The position numbers were made by a program, and so were the translations under genes. Source: Octopus bimaculoides (Eukaryota). From it: a stretch of 64,000 nucleotides of DNA. Below, piece by piece: positions 39,548 to 51,784 of this stretch; position 1 is the first letter of the stretch; every line of letters starts with the position of its first letter. The DNA is taken from contig NC_068989.1 in the NCBI RefSeq assembly GCF_001194135.2, positions 85,979,008 through 86,043,007 of the forward strand. Reading direction: 5' to 3'. Below the pieces are notes generated by a model, which saw nothing but the letters and a program-made list of their open reading frames with translations, was not told the DNA's origin and did no database searches.

Positions 39548-41619
39548 AGACTAAAGTGGAATGTAAAGTATGATGATGATGATATATACCAGTGATATTT
39601 GCAGAATAGAGAGGTCACGAGGGAGTCGGGGGGCGAAATATTAATAAATGATAAATTGTAGATAATTTATATAAACAACAATGAAGATAAGAGCAGCAGC
39701 AACAACAACAACAACAGCATCAGTAAATAACAGCAGCAGCAACAACAACAAGCAAAAAGCAGTGACAACAACGAAAGCAGAAGCAACAACAACAACAACA
39801 CGAAGATACATTGCCAACAAGAACGAAAGTAATGACACCAATGATGACAACGGCAAATGAGACAACAACATCGAAAACAAAAACAAAAAAAAGCAACATT
39901 GACAAGAAGAAGAAGAACAACAACAACAGCAAGGTAGATGGCGCCACCAGCAGCAGCAGCAGACGACAATAACAACAAAATGGAGTTGGAAAGCAGAAGC
40001 TTGTAGCGTGAGTGGAGGAAGAGGTATAGGCCGTAAGAGGTGTTGGAAAAGGGAGAGCTGTCGGGAGTTGTTATTATTATTATTATTATTANNNNNNNNN
40101 NNNNNNNNNNNNNNNNNNNNNNNNNNNNNNNNNNNNNNNNNNNNNNNNNNNNNNNNNNNNNNNNNNNNNNNNNNNNNNNNNNNNNNNNNNNNNNNNNNNN
40201 NNNNNNNNNNNNNNNNNNNNNNNNNNNNNNNNNNNNNNNNNNNNNNNNNNNNNNNNNNNNNNNNNNNNCCTGGACATCGCTCTTCGGCAGCACTCACCTG
40301 CAATATAAAATGTATGTTCTCGATCCGGGTGGGTTGAGTAGGGTCAAAATGATAACTGTCAGTTTTAAGATGCCAAATCGTCCATGTGATCTAAAGACAA
40401 GTTAATGGAAGACAAAAAAAAATAATAATAGATGTAAAAAAATTTTTTTTTTTTCTTGTTGGAAAAAAAAAAAAAAAATTGTGTGCATATATATGTATAT
40501 ATGTGTGTGTGTGGACATATACATACACACACGTGCTATGTGAAAAGATATATATATATATATATATACATACACATGCACATGTAAACAAATATATATA
40601 TATTCACACACATATGAACAGATATATATGTGTGTGCGTACATACATGTGTGCGAGTATATATACACACACACACGTGAACATATATAATTGTTTTATAT
40701 ATATATATACATACACACACACATATATATATATACCATGTTAACAGATATATTTACGGTGTCTACAAACAGACTTACTCTGAGTTACGTAAGTGTTATA
40801 TTCCTGGAAATCTTGCCATAATACGGAACCTATTTTCCCACTGGCTTCCACACTATACAACATGGGTGCCAATGGATAAACTAGCCCCACATTACAAAAT
40901 ATTTCACATTAAATCAAGATTCCCAGGAACACAATGCTTCTGTAATGCAGAAGAGAGCCGTATTTGTGCATATATATAATATATATATACATACACACGC
41001 ACCATGTAAACTGAATTAGGAAATGTAAATATAATAGTCACTAAAATTAGTAGGACCGTTGGTGGTAGTAGTTTAGTGTGCAGAGACAGTAATTAGATTG
41101 GAAGAAAAAAATACAATAAAAGAAGACCAAATAAAAAGAAAAACCCAAAAGATCTGTAATGATGGTCTGAGACAGGATGGAGTGGAGATGGGCTGTGGCA
41201 CTTAGAGTTTAGATGGAAGTGGATTCCTTCCATCTTCACCTAAAGAACAATAAAGACTCCTACACCAACGAAAGAATCCTTAAAATAGACAATGAGTCCA
41301 TAATTTTTCACACTTATTCTTCTTAATGTTTCCATTTTCTTTTTTTACTTATATAACAAATCCACAATAACATAAGGGTGGTGGTGATGGTGGTGGTAGT
41401 CGGCATTAGTTAGAGGCAATACAATAAAGTTTAAAAAAAAAAGAGAAAGGGTGTAAAAAAAGAGACTCCTTTCTCAAATTCCCAACATTCTTCTGAAAAA
41501 TGCTGTATTTCAGATGGTTTTACTGAAGGAGGAAATATCTAATATTTTGGAGCAGGTTCCCTCCTTAGAGAAGGAGCTTTTAAACTAATAATAATAATAG
41601 CAAATTTATTGCATACAGT

Positions 41620-41935
41620 GCTCAGGTGCACTACAGCTCATCAGGAAAAGTATCCAAAACTGCAGGAACTGTATATAGAATAATGTACAGGAAGTGAATA
41701 GGGAATGAGTTGTTTACAAAAAAAAAAAAAGAAAAAAAAAAGAAAGAAAAAAAAGGGCAGGAGAGCATCAGGTGTACTGCTGGTGAATTTCAGGAAACCA
41801 GGAAGATGTAGTGTCCTGACAGCAGCTAACAACTGATGTGGGTAGTTTATTCCAAGCTTCAGCAACTCTGAGCATGAAAAAATGTTTCCTAAAGCCATGT
41901 GTGCTGTGCTGTTTTTTGATTTTGTAAGCAAGGAG
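41620..41935 (-). mobile_element. CR1/L2-group LINE 3' end fragment
   Basis: YKIKKQHSTHGFRKHFFMLRVAEAWNKLPTSVVS, characteristic FF..RV...WN.LP motif. Confidence 0.75.
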
Positions 41936-42236
41936 TCAATGCTATCTCTTCTGAATAAAATAGAGTATCTGTAGCAACATCCCCAAGATAATCTGGTGTA
42001 AACTGGATGGATAAGATAGTTGTCTAGCTGATATAACATTCCCCTGATGATCTGGCGCAACCTAGATACATTAGGGAACGTTCCATCAACTTGCATTGTA
42101 TGCATTCCTGTTTTTGTCACCTGAAGAATTGCACACTAAGAAACTTTAAATAATAATAGTGAATCATTAGCTTCTAAAGAATGTGTGTGTGTGTGTATTT
42201 TTTTTATTTGTTAAAAGCTCAAAATTGTCTGTTCAT

Positions 42237-42279
42237 ATTACTACTTGAAGTTTTGCTGACACATGGCTCATCAGGTAAT
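42237..42279 (-). ncRNA. Degenerate minimal type I hammerhead motif, second family
   Basis: ATTAC-CTGATGA-GCC(atgtgtca)GC-AAAAC-ttcaa-GTA-GTAAT; perfect 5-bp stem I; flanks shared with the 38949 copy. Confidence 0.6.
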
Positions 42280-45200
42280 GTGAGGTAAAGTCTATGATCA
42301 ATAACAGGTGGTCTATCCGAAACAGCATTCTCCAGATAATCTCTTGCTACCTGGATAGATAAGATAGCAGTCCATTTAAAGTAATGATCCCCAGATGATC
42401 CGATGCTATCTGGATAGATAAGATGGCAGTCCATCAGTGGTAACATCCCCCACTCTGATGATCGAGTGGTAATTGTTCCAACAGCTGTGGGACATTGAGC
42501 AGCCTACATTAATACACCAATGATTGCAGGCCTGTTGGTGGCAGTCCAGTATCAACCCTACTTCCACAAACACATCATCATCATCATCTTAGCTTCTGTT
42601 TTTCTAAGCCATTTCTCTCATTCCAGCTTCATCTTGTTTACCAGACCCAATTCCCTCAGATACAACTGTTTACTACTCCCACACACCACCCCATCTTTGG
42701 TATTCCTCTGCTGCAGTTATTCAGCTCACAGCAATTATATAATTAATTAATTGAATGATGAAATTAGGATGGTAGAGCTAATCCTTTGCCCAGTTTAATA
42801 TCACCACTTGGCATATGAATGCCTTTAACAGAGGAGCATGGGGTCAGCTTGTGACAAGGAGTAGAGGTGGTGGAAGAGAATAGGATGAGGAAGAAGGGAG
42901 GAGAGAAAGAGAGGAGATGGAGAGCTGACTACTACCACCATTGGACAGTTTAAAATCTACAGGATAGTGAGAAATGTAAGGCAAAAAAAAAAAAAAAAAG
43001 AAGGTAGAATGGCTATTAAAATAGACATTACACCACATGGCATACTGTGCAGTGTTTTGTGTGTATCTATTGTTGTGGTGGTTGCAATTTAGCCCTAGGT
43101 CAACCCTGATTGAGAGACCTATGATCAAAAGTGTTCCAACAGTGACCATCTCACCTTTTTGTATATCAAGGCCTACATCATCTACATAGTTCTTCCACAT
43201 TTAAGACAGGAGGGTGTAATTGGAGTGAAATTTACCAGCTATTTCTAGCAAGTCAAACTACCAAATAAAGAAGACCTGTCACACAGTACCCTAAACATAG
43301 CGTTGCTGTGAGATTGAGGTTAAGCGAATCATCAAAACAATATGAGTGAGGGCTAAATTATCTCAAGGGAGTATTCAACCTCATGGTAAGACACCCAGGA
43401 GGGCCTCACATATGTGATATAGAGAAGTGGTTGGTAAGCAAGCTACTTACCACACAGCCACTCCTACACTTGGATTGCCCAATGCCTTCTTAGTGGAATT
43501 TGGCAGAGAGAAATTGTGTGGAAGATCCTCATTGATTGGTTGGTTAATATCCCTACCGTGGGTCAAATGCAATCATTTGAATCAGGTCCCCTTGGATTAT
43601 GTTTCTCAAGAAGGGGATCCTCTAAAAACAGTGAAAGGCACAGCACTTCCTACAGGGACTAGACTATCTTTTAGCTTTTGCTGGTTTCAGTCAGTAGACT
43701 GTGGTCATGCTGGGGCACCACAGTGAATCATTAGTCAAATAAAATGACCCCAGTGCTTATTTTTAAAGTCTGGCACTTATTCTATCAGTCTCTTTTGCCA
43801 AACTGCTAAATTATGGGGATGTAAACACACCAACACTGGTTATCAAGCAGTGGTGTGGGGCAAACACAGACACAAAGGTACACACACATCTTACTTCTTC
43901 ATTGCCCACAAGGGGTTAAACATAGAGGGGACAAACCAGGACAGACAAAGGGATTAAGTCGATTACATCGATCCCAGTGTGTAACTGGTACTTAATTCAT
44001 TGACCCCGAAAGGATGAAAGGTAAAGTTGACCTTGGTGGAAATTGAACTCAGAACGTAACGGCAGACAAAATACCGCTAAGCATTTCGCCTGGCGTGTTA
44101 ACGTTTCTGCCAGCTCGCCACACATATCTATCTACATATATACACAGAGAGAAATGATGGACTTTTTCAGTTTCTGTCTTCCAAATCCAATCACAAGGCT
44201 TTGGTCAGCCCAAAGCTATAGAAAACATTTGCCCAGAGTGCCATGCAGTGGGACTGAACTAGGAACCATCTAGTTGGGAAGCAAACTTTTTATCACACAG
44301 CCACACCAGTATACACATACACACACAATACAAAAAAAAAAAGAAAAACTCATCACAATAGTTCCTGATCACAGGCTTCTCATTAACTTGCCAGCAACAC
44401 CTAATTATAACAGATCACTGTCACAGGCTGTATAGTGAGGTACAATTAAACTCAATCCAGTTTTGCTAAATTGTCACCACGCTTCATAGATACAACAGCA
44501 TGGTGTAAAGGTGTTCCCCTACGCAAATCACTGAATACACAACTCAGCTATAATGGTGGACCTAATGGAACCCTAAGGGACTCAATACAGTTTAGTTACT
44601 AGTCATGTTATTTTGGATTTTAAGCTTATCACAGTAATACTTTGTATGTAATACATACACACATGATATGCATACATAACATAAGCTTATTCTGTGCACA
44701 TACATATCAATCGCTGGTGAGGACACTGTATTTCACTATTCAACCATAATATACTGCTACGTGTATTAAAAGCTTATGAGTCAATATTGTGTCCCACCTG
44801 TGTTAGCAGTGCAATTCAGTCATTTTTTCAAGTTATCTCTTTTACTCTTTTACTTGTTTCAGTCATTTGACTGTGGCCATGCTAGAGCACCGCCTTTAGT
44901 TGAGCTAATCGACCCCAGCACTTATTCTTCGTAAGCCTAGTACTTATTCTATCGGTCTCTTTTGCTGAACCGCTAATGTTACGGGGACGTAAACACACCA
45001 CCATCGGTTGTCNNNNNNNNNNTACTTATTCTATCGGTCTCTTTTGCTGAACCGCTAATGTTACGGGGACGTAAACACACCACCATCGGTTGTCAAGCGA
45101 TGTTGGGGGGACAAACACTGACACACCAACACATATATATATATACGACGGGCTTCTTTCAGTTTCCTTCTACCAAATCCACTCACAAGGTTCTGGTCGG

Positions 45201-45731
45201 CCCGAGGCTATAGTAGAAGACACTTGCCCAAGGTNNNNNNNNNNGCCCGAGGCTATAGTAGAAGACACTTGCCCAAGGTGCTACGCAGTGGGACTGAACC
45301 CAGAACCATGTGGTTGGTAAGCAAGCCACCTACCACACAGCCACTCCTGCGCCTATATCTCTACAGATTTTCCAAAGAAATTAGAGCCAGTATTTAATGT
45401 TATGTTTCATATACAAATATGTCTATGCAAACAATATGACAGAAAAATAGCTAATGGCTGTATATGCTGGTTCTAATTTCTACAGAAAATCTGTGGAGGT
45501 AACTTTAAGATAGCAGTTTATTTAAAGTAATGATCCCTAGATGATCCGATGCTATCTGGATAGAAAAGATGGCAGTCCATCAGTGGTGACATCCTCCACC
45601 TTGATGATCGAGTGGTAATTGTTCCAACAACTGTGGGACATTGAATAGCCTATGTTAATACACAAATGATTGCAGGCCTGTGGGTGGCAGTCTAGTATCG
45701 AAAATCTGTAGAGGTAACTTTAAAAAGTCAT

Positions 45732-45781
<50 letters not shown>

Positions 45782-45845
45782 ATCTGTATCAGGTCATTCC
45801 ATAAGTTATGTCTGAATAGTGTTCTGTGTCCTCTATAATGATTAG

Positions 45846-46161
45846 GAGTAAAGATTGTTTGCCAAAATAGCATGGCAGTCCTGGTTTAGGATGAATATTG
45901 CTGCAATTTAGCCCCAGGAGACATCGTCTCCAGCTGGCAATACTATGATGTGTCCTCATATTTTTGAACAAGGGAATCTAGCACCTCCACTTGAAAATAT
46001 AAGGACACAGACTGTGTCATATAGCCAGCTGGAGACGATGTCTCTTGGGGCTAAATTACAGCAACATTCGTCCTAAACCAGGACTGCCATGTTATGTTGG
46101 TAAAAATCTTTACTCCAAAGTACTGTTGCTGAATATCTCTCGTGAGATTTAATAGTAATTT
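45846..46161. mobile_element. Unclassified foldback element with asymmetric 3' hairpin tail; second copy 47369-47610
   Basis: Inverted arms ~45845-45945 / ~46024-46116, then shared tail with ATCTC..GAGAT hairpin; 14-bp direct repeats TCTATAATGATTAG. Confidence 0.7.
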
Positions 46162-46562
46162 TCTATAATGATTAGTTTAATAAATAATAGTCAATACCAG
46201 TCATTAGACGTGGGAGAGGAGACTCCAACATGGAATATGTCACATTTATGCTTGGTGTGGGAGTTTTTCATTATTCCTGTATGTTAAACTGGAAAAGGTA
46301 TCATCATTAGTAGTATACATGCCACATCAGATATAAGAAGCATAATTAGATTTCAGTCTGTAGGGTACGCACACACACACTTAAGTGTAGTTTACAGGTT
46401 TAAAACCATTGGACAGTGGCCATGCTGGGGCACTGCCTTCAAAGGTTTTAGTTGACCAGATTAATTCTAGTACATATTTCAATCTGATGCTTATTCTATC
46501 AATTTATTTGTAGAAATGCTAAGTTCTGAGACATAATGAGACATGACAAACAACAACAGATT

Positions 46563-46603
<41 letters not shown>

Positions 46604-46949
46604 AGGGCTGTACACCATATTCTGCTCACAAAGCATTTGGTTGACATGAGTCCACAGTAGAGGACACTGCACAAGTGGCTATGCAAGGGCGTCAAACCTG
46701 GAATCAATTGGTTAATAGTTTGGTCTGGAGAGAAGAAGGAACCGTTGTTAGAATCCGCCCAGGTCCTCCGAAGACCAGTAAAATCAATGCAGGTGGTGGC
46801 GTCCTCTTAATTCCATGTTGACAGCTGTAGTAAAAACATGGTTAGGGGGTTCTGGGGGTGGTGGTGGTGGTGGTGGAATGGCTACACTGATTGATGTAGG
46901 GGTATACAATATAAGTAAAGAGAGTGAGAGAAATGAGTGGAGAGTAAGT

Positions 46950-47320
46950 AGAGGAGCAGAGGCTACTGTAGTAGCAGTAGAAGTGACAAATAGGAGACAA
47001 CATGCCTACGGGGACGAAAGGTTGGAGTATGTTCGTGAATGATTTCATGTCACTCAATTGTGTGGTTATTTTTTTAGCAGGGGTGATTTAGGATATTGGA
47101 ATGTGTAGCAGCAGCACTGTCTTTTTTTGTGGGAGCAGTACTTCAGGCATTCCTTCAGTATTGGTTTAGAGATTGTTAATAAGAGATGACAACAGCACTC
47201 ACCATCTTTTTCAGCCTAGTCTCTTATTCTATGTCATGAGGGAAGGTTGTGTAGGTGAATGACATCATGTACCAATATTGAAGGATAGCTGTACTCCACA
47301 ATGAATCTCATTTGAGCTTT
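46950..47320 (-). mobile_element. Highly degenerate L2/Crack-like LINE remnant
   Basis: LFKAQMRFIVEYS resembles LYKAQVRPxxEY; heavily decayed. Confidence 0.4.
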
Positions 47321-47324
47321 AAAT

Positions 47325-47371
<47 letters not shown>

Positions 47372-48714
47372 GTCTCCAGCTGGCTATACGACACGATCTG
47401 TGTTTTTATATTTTCGAACAAGGGAATCTAGCACCCCCACTCAGCTCAAAATTATAAGGACACAGACCGTGTCGTATAGCCAGCTGGAGACGATGTCTCC
47501 TGGGGCTAAATTACAGCAACATTCGTCCTAAACCAGGACTGTCATGTTATGTTGGCAAACAATCTTTACTACAAAGTACTGTTGCTGAATATCTCTCATT
47601 GTGAGATTTAAAAATAATTTTATAAATTCACTCCAGAACTTATTTTTAAAAAAAATCTCGTGCTTTATTAAACTCTTTTGCTGAACTGCCAAGTTATGGG
47701 GACATAAACAAAACCAATATATACACACGAACTTTCACACAATTTCTGTCTACCAAATTCACTCACAAGGCAGCTTGAGACTATTGTAGAAGACACTTGT
47801 CCAAGGCGCTGTGCAGTGGAGCCGAACTCAAAACTACATGGCTGCAAAGCACACCTCTTAATCTGTGCAGTGATGTCTGCACCTAACTCTGAGTAACAAA
47901 AGAGAAGATGAGAAACAAAACGAAACCCTGACAATCCTGGCAGTTCTAGTTAACTGTCCAGAGGAAACGTCAAGACAGGAATACTAAATTACTGGATAAA
48001 ACTCTTTAATGAACATTAGAGAAACAGTGGCAGAGGAAGACTGGACATTTACTGACCACTCCATAACTGAGGTAAAAAGAGCACTGGGAAAGAGTGGGGA
48101 GTGAGTGAGGGAATGTAACATACTACCTGGTCTGGGAATCAAATCTATATTCTTATGATTGCAAGTACAACACCCCAACCCAGTGATTCCTAAAGTGGGG
48201 CATACACCCCACCAGTTGGGCCTGGGATCCAGTTTTTTCCTTTTTTTTAAAGTGGGACCTGGAATTATAAAAATCTTTTTTTTCACAGCAAACATACTAC
48301 ACCTATCCTGAGCCTTGCCAAACCAATCCCTCCAGCCAAGCAGACTGCGTGAAGACTGTTTGCTCCAGTATGGCACTATTCCAATGCTCTAATGTAGATA
48401 TTTCTTTAAAGAAAGTCTATAATTATGAAATATTGAAAATGAAGTTTGTTTTTTTACTCCAACCACCGGTGAGCCATACATTTTTCTAGAAAGTTAAACT
48501 GGTCCTGGGGGAAATAGATTGGGAAGCATAGCCCTAACTGCTAGCTCAGATACCCACACTGAGGAAAGATTAGATCAAGTTATTTAGTGGTGGATCTGAG
48601 AAAGAGAGGACGACAGACAGGTGTCTTTTGAGTGGGAGTTTGAGCTAGAGAGAGAGGGGGGAAGGGAGAGAAAGAAGGAAGAAGGGAGAGAGAGAGAGAG
48701 AGAGAGAGGGAAGA

Positions 48715-48750
<36 letters not shown>

Positions 48751-49377
48751 TGTGTGTGCGTTTTCTTTTTTGCGTTTGTATAACAGCCATATGATCTCTT
48801 AGGTGTGGATCTTAACTTTGTAAAAGGTTAAATCAAGGCTGTAGTATTCGTTGTGATGCAGATTGTATAAACAATATAGTGAGTTTAGTTGTGTACTGTC
48901 TACACACACAGACTGTTTCTTTCATGTATAGAGACTGTCTTTGTATTGAGGAAAAGCACAAGGTTTCCATGCCACCAGAGAAGATTTTCACAGACTCTGT
49001 CGATGGAGTCAGTGCCATGTTTGATGTGAAGGGTTCCACTTATCCATGGATGGCACTTATGTACAGGATGTTAAGTAAAATGTAGTCTTGCCTGTACAAG
49101 TGTGGGATAAGAAATAGCAGTAAATATGTTATTAATGAACAGAAGAGCTTGGAAGAGACTACGCTGTGTTGCACTGGAATTGCTAGAAAGTGATGGTATT
49201 TGTCCAGACTGTATGTACACTTGTTTATATTGACAATATATACACATGCTATATTTTGAATGGTTTACTTTGCTGGTGTCATCAGGTGCATATGGATTCA
49301 AACCATATTGGTAACAGGAACCTTAAGAACGAAGGATCAGAATATAATCTATCAGTACATGTACCGGTAGCCTAGAG

Positions 49378-49663
49378 CAGTGCTACTCAAAGTGGTGGTC
49401 TGTGGACCGGTGCCGGTCCATGGCCAGTTTCCAGAAAAGAAACATTATAAAAATGCTTATGAAATGCTAATGTAATATTGTATTATTTGTTTACAAAATA
49501 AATAGAAGATAAAAAAAAAAAAGTCAACTTTTATTATATTCATTATATATATTGTTTCTGGTATAAATTAATATTACTAAGAAATATTACTGGTCTCTGG
49601 CACATTGGGAAAAAAACCCAAAAAACTGCTGGTATGCCACTTCAGACAGTTTGAGAAGTACTG
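49378..49663. mobile_element. hAT (Charlie/Buster-type) MITE
   Basis: CAGTGCTACTCAAA...TTTGAGAAGTACTG TIRs, perfect 8-bp TSD GCCTAGAG. Confidence 0.9.
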
Positions 49664-50058
49664 GCCTAGAGGATAGGGACATAATTACTCTTAGTTTTAA
49701 AGAAAGGTTCTAAGTTCAAACATAGCTTGAGACCATGTTGATATCCAAGAATAAGATACCTGATGACAATGCGGCATCAAACNNNNNNNNNNGGCCTAGA
49801 GGATAGGGACATAATTACTCTTAGTTTTAAAGAAAGGTTCTAAGTTCAAACATAGCTTGAGACCATGTTGATATCCAAGAATAAGATACCTGATGACAAT
49901 GCGGCATCAAACCATTTAAAATGTAATGTAAATGTATGTGAATATATTTGGATAAATAGGTGAGAACTAGATATGCTCAGTATAGAAAACATGTAATAAG
50001 GAATTGAACTGGAATTCCAAATTCTTCATCCAGGACTATCTATCTATCTATCTATATA

Positions 50059-50185
50059 CAGGGTGTCCACAAGGTCTGGGTACATGGAGTAAATAAAATC
50101 ATAACATAAACAATTAAGTATAAGAAATAATAATTTCTTAAAATGTGTGTTAATCCCAATGTACCCAGACTTTGTGGACACCCTG
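50059..50185. mobile_element. Tc1/mariner MITE (127 bp)
   Basis: 27-bp TIRs CAGGGTGTCCACAARGTCTGGGTACAT, TA TSD. Confidence 0.9.
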
Positions 50186-50534
50186 TAGATGCATACAACA
50201 TCATCATTTAATGTCTGCCTTCCATGCTGGTATGGGTTGGACTGTACATGTATATGTATGTGTCAAACCTAAATGTGTCTATCTGCATTACTATCTCCGT
50301 ATCAGCTCACTTGGTTTTCTTTTATTTATATGTAAATATATTCATATATGTAAATACATTAAAAAAATGTGTGTAAATATATTGTATATATATATAAACT
50401 GGAAAAATGAAGGTAATGGTTTGAATAATTATAACAATTCTTTGTTAAAATCTTATGTTCGTATTCAGGAATGAGAGCCACTTGACAATAATTATACAAT
50501 GAACCAACTGAACAGTGATGAAGATATAAATATT

Positions 50535-51500
50535 GGCAAATGATAATCTTCTAAGTTGACAAGGAGTTCAGTGAGGAATTTAGCCTGCAGGTAGATGTCC
50601 ATCAGAGCTTGGGTTTCACCTATTATAATTATTCAGGCCATAACAGACGAGTTTAAGACAAGTTATCCGTGAGAAATCTAGCGTACTGACAACCTAGTTC
50701 CCATAGATAGATCTGTTGAAGAATTAGAATAGATATTTCAAAGACAAGACAAGACTACTTCCATCTAGGAAGTGATCTTACTTGATATGTAGAAATAGAG
50801 TAGGTTGGAATTTGATACAGTGTACTAAATGCTAACTCTGGAAGTATAAGTTATGTAGTGGGATCATACAAAAGCTGGCTGAGAACCAGAAAAGGTAGAC
50901 TTTATATGGGGCAAACAAGAAAGAGTAGTTAGCTGTAAGAGTACACATGAACTATATATGAACTACATATTACTCTCTCAAAGGGTTCTCTGGAAGTAGT
51001 TGATAGCTTCTGTTATCTAAATGACCCAATTAGCAGTGAAGATGGGTATTTTGAAAGCATACTAGCTACAGTAAGAACAGGCTGGAAAAAGTCCAAGGTT
51101 TATCACCTCTGCTGCAAACAAAGAGTCTTCTTCTGAGAGAAGGGCAGAGGGTACAATGTGTATAAAGTGTTGTGTTGTTTGGTTGAGAAACATTAGTACT
51201 GAATGAGGTGAATGTATGAAGGTTTGAAAGGAGGTGAGCATGCTCTGCTGGACGTGCAATGTTAGTGACAGTGACCAATAAGCACAAATGGGTTGAGAGA
51301 AAACTCAGCAGATGCAGATATGTGATGTGCATGGAGGGTAACCGTTGGGTTAAAGTGCCATATGATTCACATGGAAGGAGCTTGGTGAAGAAGTAGACAG
51401 AGAAAAACATGGGAAGAAGTGGTGAAAACTGATCTCAAGAGGCTGAACTTTATGAAAATGATGATTGATGACAAGTGACTGTAACAAGTGGCAAGATGTT
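50535..51500 (+). mobile_element. Degenerate RTE-clade LINE, RT to C-terminal region
   Basis: Broken frames give KEFSEEFSLQVDVHQ, LEVVDSFCYLNDPISSEDG, RTGWKK; same family as 58186-58640. Confidence 0.75.
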
Positions 51501-51743
51501 GCACAGAGGAAGATTGTTCCAACTCATGCCAGCATAGAAAAATGGACATGAAATGATGATGTATGTTTAATATAAATAAATAACAATAATGTATGTTTCA
51601 TATAGTATATTTAAAACAATAAATCACTGAGTTTAATTACCCAGTGGCACCATCTGCATGAAAGCAATAGTTATGTTAATAGTGTTAACATATTTAATGT
51701 AGTGAACATTAAAATTATTTTATCAAGTACAGTTTAATGTAAG

Positions 51744-51784
51744 TTTCACTGAGGAGGTCTATTAAGACTGAAACATGTCATGAG
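51744..51784 (+). ncRNA. Minimal type I hammerhead motif, third family
   Basis: tttca-CTGAGGA-GGTC(tattaa)GACT-GAAAC-AT-GTC-atgag; palindromic ACATGT stem III; stem I needs a 1-nt bulge. Confidence 0.6.

Noticed and set aside
40282-40293. CTTCGGCAGCAC, identical to part of the U6 snRNA 5' stem-loop
   Set aside because: Only 12 nt; not followed by ATATACTAAAATTGGAACGATACAGAG
42229-42290. Plus-strand LLLEVLLTHGSSG, ankyrin-like
   Set aside because: Wrong strand, and it is the hammerhead repeat whose other copy has a stop in this frame
44452-44530. Minus-strand DLRRGTPLHHAVVS, ankyrin-like
   Set aside because: Frame closed by stops on both sides, weak donor, and no match beyond TPLH to the expected ANKRD28 exons
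49664-49910. Apparent direct duplications flanking ~10-N gaps (also near 4945-5020, 19824-19872, 44940-45095, 45205-45275)
   Set aside because: Unmerged contig overlaps, an assembly artefact
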